NCBI GenBank assembly: GCA_017499595.2
Contig: CM039001.1
Span: 124,001-188,000, forward strand
Length of the DNA: 64,000 nucleotides
Origin: Psilocybe cubensis
Taxonomy: Eukaryota
Direction: 5' to 3'
Position numbers and translations under genes: made by a program. The notes below the pieces were generated by a model, which made no database searches, was not told the origin of the DNA, and was given only the letters and a program-made list of their open reading frames with translations. This document shows positions 52,900 through 64,000 of the stretch, piece after piece; the first letter of the stretch is position 1; each line of letters opens with the position of its first letter.

Positions 52900-53438
52900 G
52901 CGTCAGCGGTCGGGGTTCAGGGATGGGTCTGAATAGTTGATGATATGTTACTGAAGGAAAATAAGAAAACATACAAATGAACAAACTTATAAGTGTGATG
53001 ACCACCAGTAATTCGAGCGTGGCCTGATATTAATCATCATAATACTGGCTCAGAAAAATGAAATCAACGGGTACAAGTCATTTAGTTGTGACCTCGATAA
53101 ATCATCAATATAGGCATCTTTACTGTACTCTCCCCACTTGAGAGTATACTCATATAGATCGCGAATTGTAAGGTACAAATCTAGTTTAGTCCACCGTATC
53201 CACACAAGCTCATTGACAGGTTCTTTTTATTTCTATGAAGTAATTCAATGTTCTTCATGCCAGACCATTTTGATTGAATTTAAGCATACATAATGCTGAA
53301 CACATATTGTTTATCGAATTTTCATATTCTTACCAGGTAAAAGAAACAGAGAGTAGACGAAAAAGCATTTTTTTATATATTTGATAGAACCTCTTGATTA
53401 TCATACAGTTTTCCAACGTTCAATGTTCATTCCCATTA

Positions 53439-54137
53439 TCAGTCGTAGTACCCCCCGTTCCCGTTTCCGTTGTTGGATCCTCCATATCCGTTACCACTGA
53501 AGCTACCTCCATTTCCAGAGTTTGTGTTTCCGTTATTCGCATTTCCAAACTGACGACGATAGTGGTAGCCCCCGTTGTTGTTCCCGTTGTAGGATCCTCC
53601 CGAACCGTTACCGCTGTAGCTGCCTCCATTGCCGGAGTTCGTGTTTCCGTTATTGGCATTGCCAAACTGTGGCTCCGGGGCAGCCTCGCGGCGGTCGTAG
53701 TAGCCCCCATTGTAGTTCCCGTTGTAGGATCCTCCATAACCGTTGCCGCTGCCGCTACCTCCATTACCTGAGTTAGTGTTGCCATTGTTGGCGTTCCCGA
53801 ACTGGGGCTCTGGCTCGCGTCGGTACCAGTATCCTCCGTTGTTGTTGCCATTGTTGCTACCGCCTACGCCATTGCCGCTGTTGCTCCCACCATTTCCTGA
53901 GTTCGTGTTCCCGTTGTTTCCGTTTCCGAACTGGGGTTCAGGTAAAGCTTCGCGTCTGTAATAATAACCACCATTGCTGTTGCCATTGTTTGACCCGCCT
54001 ATGCCGTTGCCGCTGTTGCTGCCTCCATTTCCAGAATTAGTGTTTCCGTTGTTGTTGTTTCCAAATTGCGGGAGGGCAAGCGCCTGTGCAATGAAGGCGG
54101 TGACAAGGAGAGTCTTTAGAGTTGACGAGGGGAACAT
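53439..54137 (-). CDS. KEX2-processed repeat protein (KEP): five 37-aa cores
   Basis: Signal peptide; cores QFGNxNNGNTNSGNGGSxSGNGxGGSxNGNxNGGYx(Y/D) separated by RR plus X-A/X-P dipeptides; probable 5'-UTR intron 54144-54196. Confidence 0.9.
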   Translation of the reverse strand: MFPSSTLKTLLVTAFIAQALALPQFGNNNNGNTNSGNGGSNSGNGIGGSNNGNSNGGYYYRREALPEPQFGNGNNGNTNSGNGGSNSGNGVGGSNNGNNNGGYWYRREPEPQFGNANNGNTNSGNGGSGSGNGYGGSYNGNYNGGYYDRREAAPEPQFGNANNGNTNSGNGGSYSGNGSGGSYNGNNNGGYHYRRQFGNANNGNTNSGNGGSFSGNGYGGSNNGNGNGGYYD

Positions 54138-55373
54138 TTTCGACTAGCATCCAAGATCAAAATTTAGACAGCAAATGAACGATGAAATTTACATACCTAT
54201 TGATTGAATAAAACTTGCAATATCTTCAGGGAGGTCAGCACCGTTGCCTATTTGAAATATAACTTTAGAAAAGCAATTCCTACCAAATTTTGGTCTGGCG
54301 CTTCGGATATACTTTCGAATGACGAAGTGAAAGCAGTATAACCTCCATTATATACACCGAAGATGCGCAGTCAAGAAGCTCATAGTCTCTTGCTGGTGAA
54401 GGTATAGATTCTATTTTTTCACTTAGTACATGAACTAATGACTGACGAAAATTGCATGCTATGAGCAAGAAGAAGGTAATAGTTCAGGTTTCACTTCGTA
54501 GATGCACATTTGTGAATATTTCGATCACAAACCTCCCTAAATCGCACTTTCACAAGTGCCATATCCGCATATGTCATTAGAAAATGTGCTTCCAGAATGT
54601 GTTAGTACCAAACTGTCGAATCATATACGTTTAATGGTACGGAATGGGGCACGGAAAGACCCACAGCACTACGCCGCGAGAACACTTGCGCCGTATTAAT
54701 GTCGCCTTTGTGGAGAATGTTGAACTGTAGTGCTTCTAGACAGTAATACAGAAATACCACCCACATTTATTCTGGAGTAACGGAGAGGACTGTCCCCATT
54801 TTACCAGACTTACCGAAGCTCTGTGTGTTGAAGGTTGATCACGATCGCAGGTGCTGTGAGGACTAGTCTGCAACATGATTGTTATTCGGTTCAATAGACG
54901 CCCAGGGCCATGCCTGCCCAACGCGCTCAATAATCTTTAATTTTAACGGCTTTAAACTCGTACTAACCCCTGACAAGGTTGACTTAATGAGTTCACGAGG
55001 CTTCTGCCGATCATCCGTCATACAATCGGCTTGGAAGTCGAAAAGCCCGAATGTCAACTACAGGGATCTCTGCGTCTATTTGAATCCAGAATTGTGCGTA
55101 GTGCATCTCATTGAACTATGATAGTATACTTCTTTGCTAGCTATCTACCTTTAATGTGGCAAAGATACTAGTATTTACATTGACCTAATCGATACGAGTA
55201 CAGAATTCATACGACTTTGAGCCTGAACTACTTTCTTCCGAGAGCTTCCGAGCTCCCTGTCTCGTATACGCTAACTGCGAGAGGTAAGGCTCCATGTGAA
55301 TGTGATGAGAAATACATTTTGAATCATATCGAATCTCTTCCATATTCAAATTTGCTGGCCGAGCGATCTGTTA

Positions 55374-56654
55374 TCAGACGGAGTAGTCATTTTCACCCAA
55401 GGGTTTATTGATGATTGGAAGTGAATTTGAGTTTGAAATTCGAAGGGTGACACATTCGACGGAGATCATAGTCTTCATTGCCATTTCCAAATCGCTGAAA
55501 AGGATGTTGTATGATTGTAGACTGAAAGAATGCAATTTGCATTTGGATTCGACAATAAACCTGGAAATTTCCTGCCCCGGCGCACATTTAAGATCGTGTG
55601 CTTCTTTCCATGTAATTTCGAGCATTTGGAGTCGTGGAGTTGCGATGTATTTCAAAAATAATGTGGGACATTCCTTGCCGTTCAAAGAGAACTCACGCAG
55701 TTTTGGAAGAACCAAACGGTACCCCACTGGGACCGGCGGACATCGAATGGGCACGGCACTCTTATGAAGCTTCAAGGTACAGACCTCAAGAAATAATGCA
55801 GCTGCGAGAATGTCCAAGTAATCTGACGCCTCAGAGTAAAGACCGTCAAGATCCAAATGCGTGAGACGAAACCAGTCAACGAGAATTCCTCCTGGGTAGC
55901 TGTTGTGGATTCTATCCTCCACATGTATTGTAAGTCGCGTCAAGCTAACCAACGCGCGGATGTCGAGCCCACACAATCGAAGCTCCTCTTGCCCCTGCTT
56001 GGAGCAAATCACAATCTCCTCCAGACTGGAGAGGTCTCTCCGACGTGACTTGTGCATGAGAAGAAAAATAGCAGAAGGTCCGGATGCAAGAGATCTCCAA
56101 TATTGGTGATTTCCCAGCTGGTTCAGAACACGGTTTGATTTGTTGTAGAAAATGCCACCATCAAAGTTATAATCGATGGTAACATCCATTGGAAGTGGCC
56201 TAGCGCGCTCGAAGTGATGTGCCACCAAAGGTAAGTCGTTGATCTGAATACTATCGAGTGAGACGTCATAACATAGGTTAATCTGGATGTCGTTCCAATG
56301 ATGAATGAAGTACGAAGCAACCATATTCCAGTTCCAGCATACAAGCATATAGGTGCACAACTCTTGATGGTTGTAGGCGTTATAGCGAATAATTTTTTCC
56401 AATAGTTTGTCCGAGAGCCTTCTGACCGGGGATATGACGGAGGCATACTTTCGTCGTATTTCCAGTATATGCTCTCTCTCTGTTAAAATCTGGCGTTTCT
56501 CTGCCTGGGTCCTGTACTTTAGCGTGTGATGCAGCTTTGCAAGGTCATCGTCAAGACTTTTAACTGTAGAAAGAATGTGGGGAATGACCGAGGGATGTGG
56601 AGCGATGTTAGATATTAACAGGGTGGGAATGTCCCTTGGATAGAAATTCGGCAT
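55374..56654 (-). CDS. F-box-like / RNI-like LRR protein (intronless)
   Basis: 426-aa ORF; coiled-coil then SPVRRLSDKLLEKI...LVCWNWN (F-box-like) and LTHLDL/LREFSL/LQMLEI repeats. Confidence 0.7.
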   Translation of the reverse strand: MPNFYPRDIPTLLISNIAPHPSVIPHILSTVKSLDDDLAKLHHTLKYRTQAEKRQILTEREHILEIRRKYASVISPVRRLSDKLLEKIIRYNAYNHQELCTYMLVCWNWNMVASYFIHHWNDIQINLCYDVSLDSIQINDLPLVAHHFERARPLPMDVTIDYNFDGGIFYNKSNRVLNQLGNHQYWRSLASGPSAIFLLMHKSRRRDLSSLEEIVICSKQGQEELRLCGLDIRALVSLTRLTIHVEDRIHNSYPGGILVDWFRLTHLDLDGLYSEASDYLDILAAALFLEVCTLKLHKSAVPIRCPPVPVGYRLVLPKLREFSLNGKECPTLFLKYIATPRLQMLEITWKEAHDLKCAPGQEISRFIVESKCKLHSFSLQSYNILFSDLEMAMKTMISVECVTLRISNSNSLPIINKPLGENDYSV

Positions 56655-57105
56655 ATCTGACAGCGTGTTTAGGCAACTTTAAGTACCTGGGCAGGGGTGA
56701 AAGTACATGAGGATGTATGAACTGTGTGTGTGGCTGATGTTATAGATGTTTTGTTTGGTCGTCCATGTCACGCGATTGGCAAGGCCACTACCCAACGTTT
56801 CATTGTTGAACGGATTGGTGATTTGACCCAGAGGCCCGAGTTCCATCAACTTCCAAATGCGTTGAAGAATTTTCTGTGCCACGTAGAGTGAAATGCAGCC
56901 ATCTTTCTTTCTTACTCACGAGAAACGGGACGATCTTTCCTGATCTTTCACTCTACAAAATATCGTGAATTGGATTGAGGCTGAAGCTGAAGCTGAAGTG
57001 GTGCTTTCAAGTCAGTTTCAATGCGACTAACAACACATTTGCATTTCCTCTACATACGAGTTTAGCATTCAGGTTACTATGGGCACTTGGAGGCACGTAC
57101 ACAGT

Positions 57106-57576
57106 TTACTGTCTTTTACCCTTTCCCTTGGGTATACGGTCAAGCCCAACATCTGAGAGGAAGCATATCCTCATTGTAGCGCCAGCGTACACAAATCCTA
57201 CACTTCCCCACATCATAGCATTCCATTCCCAGAATTTCCAAAAGACCGCCATTCCCGCCGGTGCCATTGTTATCAAATGTCCAAAATCAGCTACGAGTAA
57301 CCCTATCAAGAGTTTCTTCCAAGTCACGATGGATGTCGTTGATGAGAGAACAAAGTGTTCGTTTAGAGCAAAAAGCAGGTAGAGGTTGGCCAGCTGGAGG
57401 AGTGCCATGTTCGTTTGTGTGGGAAGTACAGTGTGTGTGAGCTGAGAACTAAAAGTGAGGTCCTTGAGGTAATCATCTTGCCTGAATGCGGCGTAGAAGG
57501 CCCCTGCCAGTGCAGATATGGGCTCAATGTATAGGAAGAAGGCCCTGTAGAGGAAGGGTACTGATGGCGGAGTCAT
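57106..57576 (-). CDS. Small multi-pass membrane protein, conserved fungal type, function unknown
   Basis: 156-aa ORF with about four hydrophobic segments; FFLYIEP, QLANLYLLFALNE, LLVADFGHL. Confidence 0.75.
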   Translation of the reverse strand: MTPPSVPFLYRAFFLYIEPISALAGAFYAAFRQDDYLKDLTFSSQLTHTVLPTQTNMALLQLANLYLLFALNEHFVLSSTTSIVTWKKLLIGLLVADFGHLITMAPAGMAVFWKFWEWNAMMWGSVGFVYAGATMRICFLSDVGLDRIPKGKGKRQ

Positions 57577-57847
57577 GGTAGGATGGAAGTGAGAAAGCTT
57601 CCGCAGTCAAGGTTGTATTCGGTGTTTAAATCCATTATTAGAGCATATCGTTAGGCAAGCCATCGTTGAACCTTTTTCGACTTAGTTGATCGTGAGACAA
57701 CTTTGGAACATAGAAATACAATTCAGTTTAATACGGTGTTAATACATTTCATGATTTGACTCTTATTACTCCTCATTTGGTTTGCATGACTATGTTACAA
57801 TGTTTGCAATCGAATGTCGAGCCTTCAATGATCCTTTGCTACAATCT

Positions 57848-58603
57848 TTAAAATGCGTTACGTTCCCATTCCTTAAAATCTTGCTTTGCTTGTCGATCTG
57901 CAAATCCTCGATCTATACATTGATGTATCAGCACATCACAGCTGCCAGTAATAATGAGTTGGGAAATGGAGAAGAAACGTACCTTGATTTCCAAATGATT
58001 GGCGGGCATCTTGGGCAGCGCCAGTTGATCCTTGATTAAGGCCCATATATCCGGCGCCTCCACCAGTAGCTGCAAGACCTTCTACCATCCCTTCTCCAGC
58101 CGATCCATGTCCTACTCCATGATGGCCTCCAAGGCCGCCAGTGTGGGTCGTATCATAAGGACCCGAACCCGTTCCAGCAGAAGCATGTGTTCCCGGGATG
58201 TTGCTCACGCCAGTGTTCCGATTCTCATACTGGCCCAGGTCGTTTCCAGAGAAGGGTCCTGCACCGCTGCCATGCCCGCGGAAGCCTTCGTTTCCGGTGG
58301 TTCCAAACTGTAAAACCATCCTCGTTAGCCAGAACAACACACATGTTTGTGATGTCACCCATACATTGTTCCCTTGCCCTTTAGTTTCTTTCGCATCTCG
58401 CACTTCGGCATTGCCGAGTTGATGCTCTTCTCGTCCACTCTGCTTCATATTGGCACTCTTAATGGCACCTCCGACTGTCTCTTTAATTGCGCCTTTCATA
58501 GAGTGCATTTGACCAGAGGTCTTGCTGTATAGTTTACATTCAGCGTACTGGTAAGCAAAGAATCATAAATCACGAACCTTGGGGAAGTATTTGAAGATGA
58601 CAT
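57848..58603 (-). CDS. CsbD/Hmp1-like stress protein with Gly-rich tail (3 introns)
   Basis: MSSSNTSP|SKTSGQMHSMKGAIKETVG...SGREEHQLGNAE resembles fungal Hmp1/CsbD-like proteins; last exon ...KEWERNAF*. Confidence 0.7.
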
Positions 58604-59391
58604 GTTGGTTTGTAAGAGTTATTGGTAACGATTGATTTGATAAAAGTTGTAAGTTGTTGGTATAGTTGATTAGCGTTGTTCGCAAAATATCAGGTCAATA
58701 TATACCTTTCATTACGGTGATCACGATTTTTGCGTCATAAGACGATTCCTTGTCATTGCATTCCATACGTCAAATGCAACGTAGGTTGAGGAGTGCCCTG
58801 TGGTGTGGAATAGGGAGCATGAGGTGGGGATAAACCGTATTGGGAAGACGGTAGTGGTGCTTACTCCATTTCTCGGCGCTAATAGGGAAACAACGTCATC
58901 ATGTAGCTTCGCCACTGCACAAGTAGTAGATGAAGCCGAAACTTGCAGATGTATGAGGGCGCTATTCAAGGTTGTCCATGGACTATCCAAGAGTAGGCGT
59001 ACGCATTCATTAATGAGAAAACGAACAGTCGCAGTACGTTAATTAGTGACGCCTGCTTGGCCCGTGCACGCTGATTAAAGCGGAGACTCATATTAGTGAT
59101 CCGTTTGATCAGAATATTGATCGTCAATATGTTGGCAGGCAGGGCTCCCTGAAAGAGGAGGAACACCTGCCAGAGGATTGGAATAGGATGAAGGGAGGTC
59201 TAGTGGGTACTGTACTTTTGTTTTTTCGTGTTTTTCGTCAATTTTTCGTTTAAGACAAATTATCCGGGCTGTCACACAAGTGGCCCAACTGTCCAATGAT
59301 TGTCTTCGTAAACTGTGACACTATGTAACGCTCAAATACTCACAAACCAACTGCCAAATAACTTCCAACCGCCAACCAACTAAAGACAGAC

Positions 59392-60670
59392 ATGACATCG
59401 CTGCCACCGGAAGTCCCTCGCAGACTTCGGCATCTCGCTCACGTCGTAAGCGCATACAATGCGTGTCTGAGACTCGAGGCGTCCATTCAACAAGCCATTA
59501 ACGACAATAGCGAGGATGTTGGGAAGAAAATGATATACGCTCGCATCCTTGGATATCTTATCCATTATGTGCCCACAGATCAAGGACTGAAAACAATTGT
59601 CGACGAGATTGCTTCATGCAAAGACGACACCGCTTGTCTGCAGCTGGGAAGAATGTATTTCGACCATTACATTAGGGCGTGTATGTTTTCCTGACTCTAC
59701 CTATTCTGTCTGTATCTAATGCAACTAGTCAGTTAAAGCGAAAAAAGGTCGCACACCAACACCTTCCAGTCATGCATCTCGGCCCTCCTTCGATACGATA
59801 CAAGACATGATCAAAGACACCTTGGTAGAGGCCCCCCAATCCCATAGGCAAGCTAAGCAACTGGTCGGTGTTGTTCTCCCTTTTCACGCGTTCTTGCTCA
59901 CCCTTATTATCAGGCCCTTATACGTGATGGTTATCGTTGTGTTGTAACAGGCGGATACGATGCCAGCTCAGTCCGCACTATCGCGGAGTTAAAGCGAAGA
60001 GTCACGTCGGACCCTAAGGGGGTGTCAGCGCTGACAGAGTGTGCTCACATATTTGCTGAGTCCACTAATGCTTCCATCGGCCCAGGCTCGGAGAAAGTAT
60101 GCCGCCTTTTATCCATTTTGACACCTAATAACAATATCCTCTAATAGCGCGAGTATGCTGCCAGTATGTGGGCGGTAATGACGCGCTTCGGTTACGAAAA
60201 ACGTCCGGAGGAACTAAATGGCGCCCGGATCCACCGATTAGAAAACATACTGACTTTGGTTCCAAACTTTCATGGGCTTTTTGATCTATTACAGGTTTGG
60301 TTTACCGCAACGGTATGTCCAATGTGCCGTTGGGCCCTTTGATATAAAACTAACATTTTGTTTACACCTTCATCAGGAGATCGAAAATAAATATAAACTC
60401 GAAGCAGTAGATTCCTTGATATTACGACCCTATCCTGAATATGTTACATTTACGTCACCCGATCCCGCCAAATACCCCCTTCCATCGCCGGTGTACCTTG
60501 CAATTCATGCTGCATGCGCCAAGGTTGCTCATCTATCTGGGGCAGCTGCATACATCGATAAATACAATGAAGATTTGGACGACAGTACGACACTCGATCC
60601 GAGCGGTAAATCTGCAGACCTGCTTGAACACGCGCTTTTCAAGGGACTGCAGGCATTGGCCCAAGTTTAG
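59392..60670 (+). CDS. Fungal HNH endonuclease-domain protein, multi-exon
   Basis: ALIRDGYRCVVTG, ECAHIF, RLENILTL...HGLFD, LPSPVYLAIHAACAKVAHLSGAA. Confidence 0.82.
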
Positions 60671-61476
60671 GTAGAATAAGAGCACATTTGTGGTATTGAA
60701 TGCGATTTGGAAACTAGGAACCACAGTATAGTATGCATCGGTTTCCCCACACCAGTTAATCACTGCCGGCGCGTGCATCTTTACTTTTCTTTGCCCTTGT
60801 CTGATATTTCCCACAGCTATATCCACGCAATATGGGTGTTGAACAGGTATTTTCTGATCCAAATGGTGATGTGTCAGCTTAACACCTGCAGAGGATTGGA
60901 CTAGAATGAAGGGGGTTGTAGTGTATACAGGCATAACGACGCGTCCTCGAGGACGAAACCGCTGATCAGCGGGGTTACGCTCAAGTCTCAGACTACCTTG
61001 AATTATGTTGTGCGTAATGCATAATCATTCATTCCTCCGGGTCGGCATTCTCTCTAACCACTCAATCAATCTCAAAATGAGAGCTTATAACCCTCGCATC
61101 TCCTGGCCGGTACTCGAAACTAACGGTCACGCTAGTGATAAATAATAGTTCGACAAATGGGGGATAAGTATGGAAAGCGAGACTGTCAAGTCTTGAAAGC
61201 CGTTGCCAAACATCATCGGGTTGTCAAGCCGTGCACACTTGGCAAAGGCTCGGCAAGCAAAGACTCCGTACACCATAGTGTCACTGACAAAATGCTAGTA
61301 TTTTAAGCTCATCTACAGTGTTATCATATGTAGACAATTTCTCAGGTATGAGACGCACATTTGAAAGATATTCATGCAAAAAGCTAGGCATAGGGTGTTC
61401 CCGCGCAGCTTGTGCGCTGCTTCAACGTTTCAATCCCTGTCGGACAGGTGAATATATCTGCGGCGTGCGCGGTCCG

Positions 61477-63564
61477 CATCAGGAAAAAATTTCAAGTTTA
61501 TGTAGACCTACAAAGTCTACGTAGCTCGTGTAGCCGTGTAGACTACCCCCCATGTAAGTAGCTCCGGTAGAATTTATATGCATCTCCGTAGTTACCATAG
61601 ATGGTAGCCGGCATACATAGGTCTCCAGAGTACCCAGTATTTCTCTTAATACCTACAGGAGTTTCGATAGTTTGCAGGCTACCAAGTGCTACCGACACTA
61701 TGTAAACTACATCTGGGTTCTATAGCGAACTCCCTGTGACTTGGGGACCCGGTCACCGGCTTGGGTCACCGGAAATATTATGTAATTCGTCACGCTCGGG
61801 CCCTTCCGCGCGCCAAAAAATTCAGAATTTTGTGCATTTCAGTGTGCTAAGTTCTCCGAGCATCTCCCGATCACCCGCCTTGTCACTCGCGGTCACCAGA
61901 GTTTGGCGGGTGCATAGACCCTCAGGTCACCAGCTTTTCGATGTCCGACAACTTTTTAAGTAACTTCGCGGCCATCGGCGGCATGGCCATCTTAATTGGG
62001 CTCCGCCGCGTCATGTGACGGTTCCCGCGATCCGTTCACGGTCGCGTTTTGGAGCTTCTGCAAACCGTTTAAATGTTGAACGTGAACAGTGACCCCAGTT
62101 CAATCTCGTTTAATATGGGTTGGATAGTAATGGGTATAATTATATCTTATTGTATGTACCAAACTCAATTTTAAAGCCTCAGACTTTTGCAAAAAAGACT
62201 CATTAGAGCCTTCAAAAATTAATATTTACACCGGTAAGAAAGGTTTACTTCTGCTCTGATAGTACTGTATTCACTATGTACATGCTTTTGTGTGTATGCT
62301 GGAGTGTGAACTGCTAAAGTATACATGCAAAGAGTGCATGCTGCAGTTGGCACATAAGATTGTATGCAATCTCCTCATTTCTTGGAAATAATTCAACTAG
62401 TTATTGTTATGATCACGTTGACCCATGTCAGTACTCATTTAAATGGCTGAAAAGTGAAGTAAAAGTACAATCTACATCCTGAAACACAAATAATTCACAG
62501 ATGAGACTCGGAATTTTGCATTTTCACCTTTAAATAAGTCATTTTATGCTCAAATTTAGGCAAGTTGATGCTTCCACTCCTTGATATTAGGCAAACGAGG
62601 AAGGACAGATTAGTCTGACTATATACAAGAGTATAGTGTACTGATTTAGATGTTCTTGACATTACAATTTTAAAAAAATCTTCCAAATCATTGAAATTGA
62701 TGGGAAGCGGGACTTGCAAGTTTTACTGCGGACCTCAAGTGAAGTCACAGACCTTTGTGACCTAGGGCCTAAATTTGGCGGGCGGTCACAAAAAGCTTGT
62801 GACCGCACCTGTAGGAAGGCCACTGGGGTCTCCCTGTTCTTAAATTATCTGGTACTCACAGATCACACACATTTATTTAAATAAACATTTGATTTCAAGC
62901 CATAATGATGAAACGTAAAAAAAAATGAAGAAAAATGAAGGTTATTGCGGGTCCCCCACAGCATGGGCCTCCCCTGTCATTTCTCCCCTTCGCCAGCGTC
63001 AGGTAGATGGAAGCACGATGATGGTTGTAGAAAACAATTGAACCAAAAGTCGAATGACATTTGACGTGCGTCTAGTCACGTGACTGCTCGCGTTGGCACT
63101 TGCCGTACCATTATTCGTTTCATTGCCGTCGCTGGAACCGCTCGGTATAAAAACTCGTCCTTTTACAAAGGACTCGTAACCTAGACAGTACCATGTATAC
63201 ATTGTTTTTGTGAATCAAAACATTGACTATATTAATTAAATTGTCAATGGGTGATACATATATTGAAAGCCAAGTAGAACTGTCTGTGAATTATTGTGGC
63301 TATATACATGATGAGAAATCTATGTGAGCTACAGAGGTGATACATAACATATTGAGAGAACTACTGGATTTTAAGTAGACCTGAGTGTGAATTATTGTGG
63401 CTACATACATGATGATAAATCTACCTGAGCTACATAAACTACAAAGATGGCCACATAATCTACATAGACGGTGTAGCGCTACAGGCCTACACTAATAGCT
63501 GGGTTTCTACCGAAGCTACATAGCTTGGCAGGGGAACTCTGTAGAAAAATAATTTTTCCTGATG
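61477..63564. mobile_element. Non-autonomous TIR DNA transposon (CATCAGGAAAAA TIR, 2-bp TSD CG)
   Basis: 12-bp perfect TIR at 61477-61488 and 63553-63564; CG on both flanks; dense subterminal GTAG/CTAC motifs; no long ORF. Confidence 0.75.
63250..63433. repeat. Imperfect tandem duplication (~85-100 bp unit) inside the TIR element
   Basis: TGTGAATTATTGTGGCTA...GAGCTAC at 63285 and 63386. Confidence 0.75.
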
Positions 63565-64000
63565 CGGCCGTGGCGCCCATGGGACTTGGTGTAAAACGGC
63601 TACATTTGATTGTGTGCATCGCGTATAACCTTGTAAAAAGCTCAGTATCCTTCACAGAAACATTATATATAGCCATATGACGCTTATAAAAACCCAATAG
63701 ACACTTTAACGTAGTTTTTGTGAAGAGATTATGGCTGAAACTGAGAATATAATGTATAATGAAGATTCTAGAATGATTCTCTTAATATAGATAAGGCGGG
63801 CACAGATGGAGCGTGTTTAAAGAGATGCTTCTAAGGTATAGGATCTGTTCATAGTATATAGAAAAATTGGCTCTCAGATTTCTCACATTGTTAGTAGCGA
63901 AACTTCTTGAATACACAAACTGCTGTTAATAAAGTATACTGACAGTTATATTCCAGTGCTTGTAGGTTTCTTGCGACTTTGAAAATACAAAATATGAGAA

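Noticed and set aside
53439-54070. Regularly spaced DNA repeats resembling a CRISPR array
   Set aside because: Eukaryotic context; the repeats are in-frame coding units with synonymous variation and no unique spacers.
51907-57576. Dikaritin (ustiloxin-type) RiPP cluster
   Set aside because: No DUF3328/UstYa HxxHC protein, tyrosinase or P450 is recognisable near the KEP in this window.

Overview
Eukaryotic DNA with short GT-AG introns. Gene content and style point to a basidiomycete, probably agaric, fungus (inference). The first ~14 kb is an island of small secreted-protein genes: one Kre9/Knh1-like gene, three tandem paralogues with single-peptide precursor architecture, and a five-member mosaic family. 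The island also holds a ~1 kb non-autonomous TIR element carrying two tRNA relics. Conserved genes follow: ABCF2/ARB1, PP4 catalytic subunit with very long introns, an Nrg1-like C2H2 factor, M20 carboxypeptidase, MFS sugar porter, and a SWIM-finger plus minimal ATP-dependent DNA ligase. At 52-54 kb is a convergent gene pair. One gene is a KEX2/STE13-type precursor of five 37-aa Gly/Asn/Ser-rich peptides. The other is a secreted protein carrying two in-register copies of the same core, each with a Cys pair bracketing the processing site. This pair is the best candidate for an undescribed system. The window ends with F-box/LRR-like, membrane, CsbD/Hmp1-like and HNH genes and a second CATC-terminated TIR element. 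A CACTG foldback MITE lies at 20.7 kb. All exon structures were read by eye and no database searches were run.
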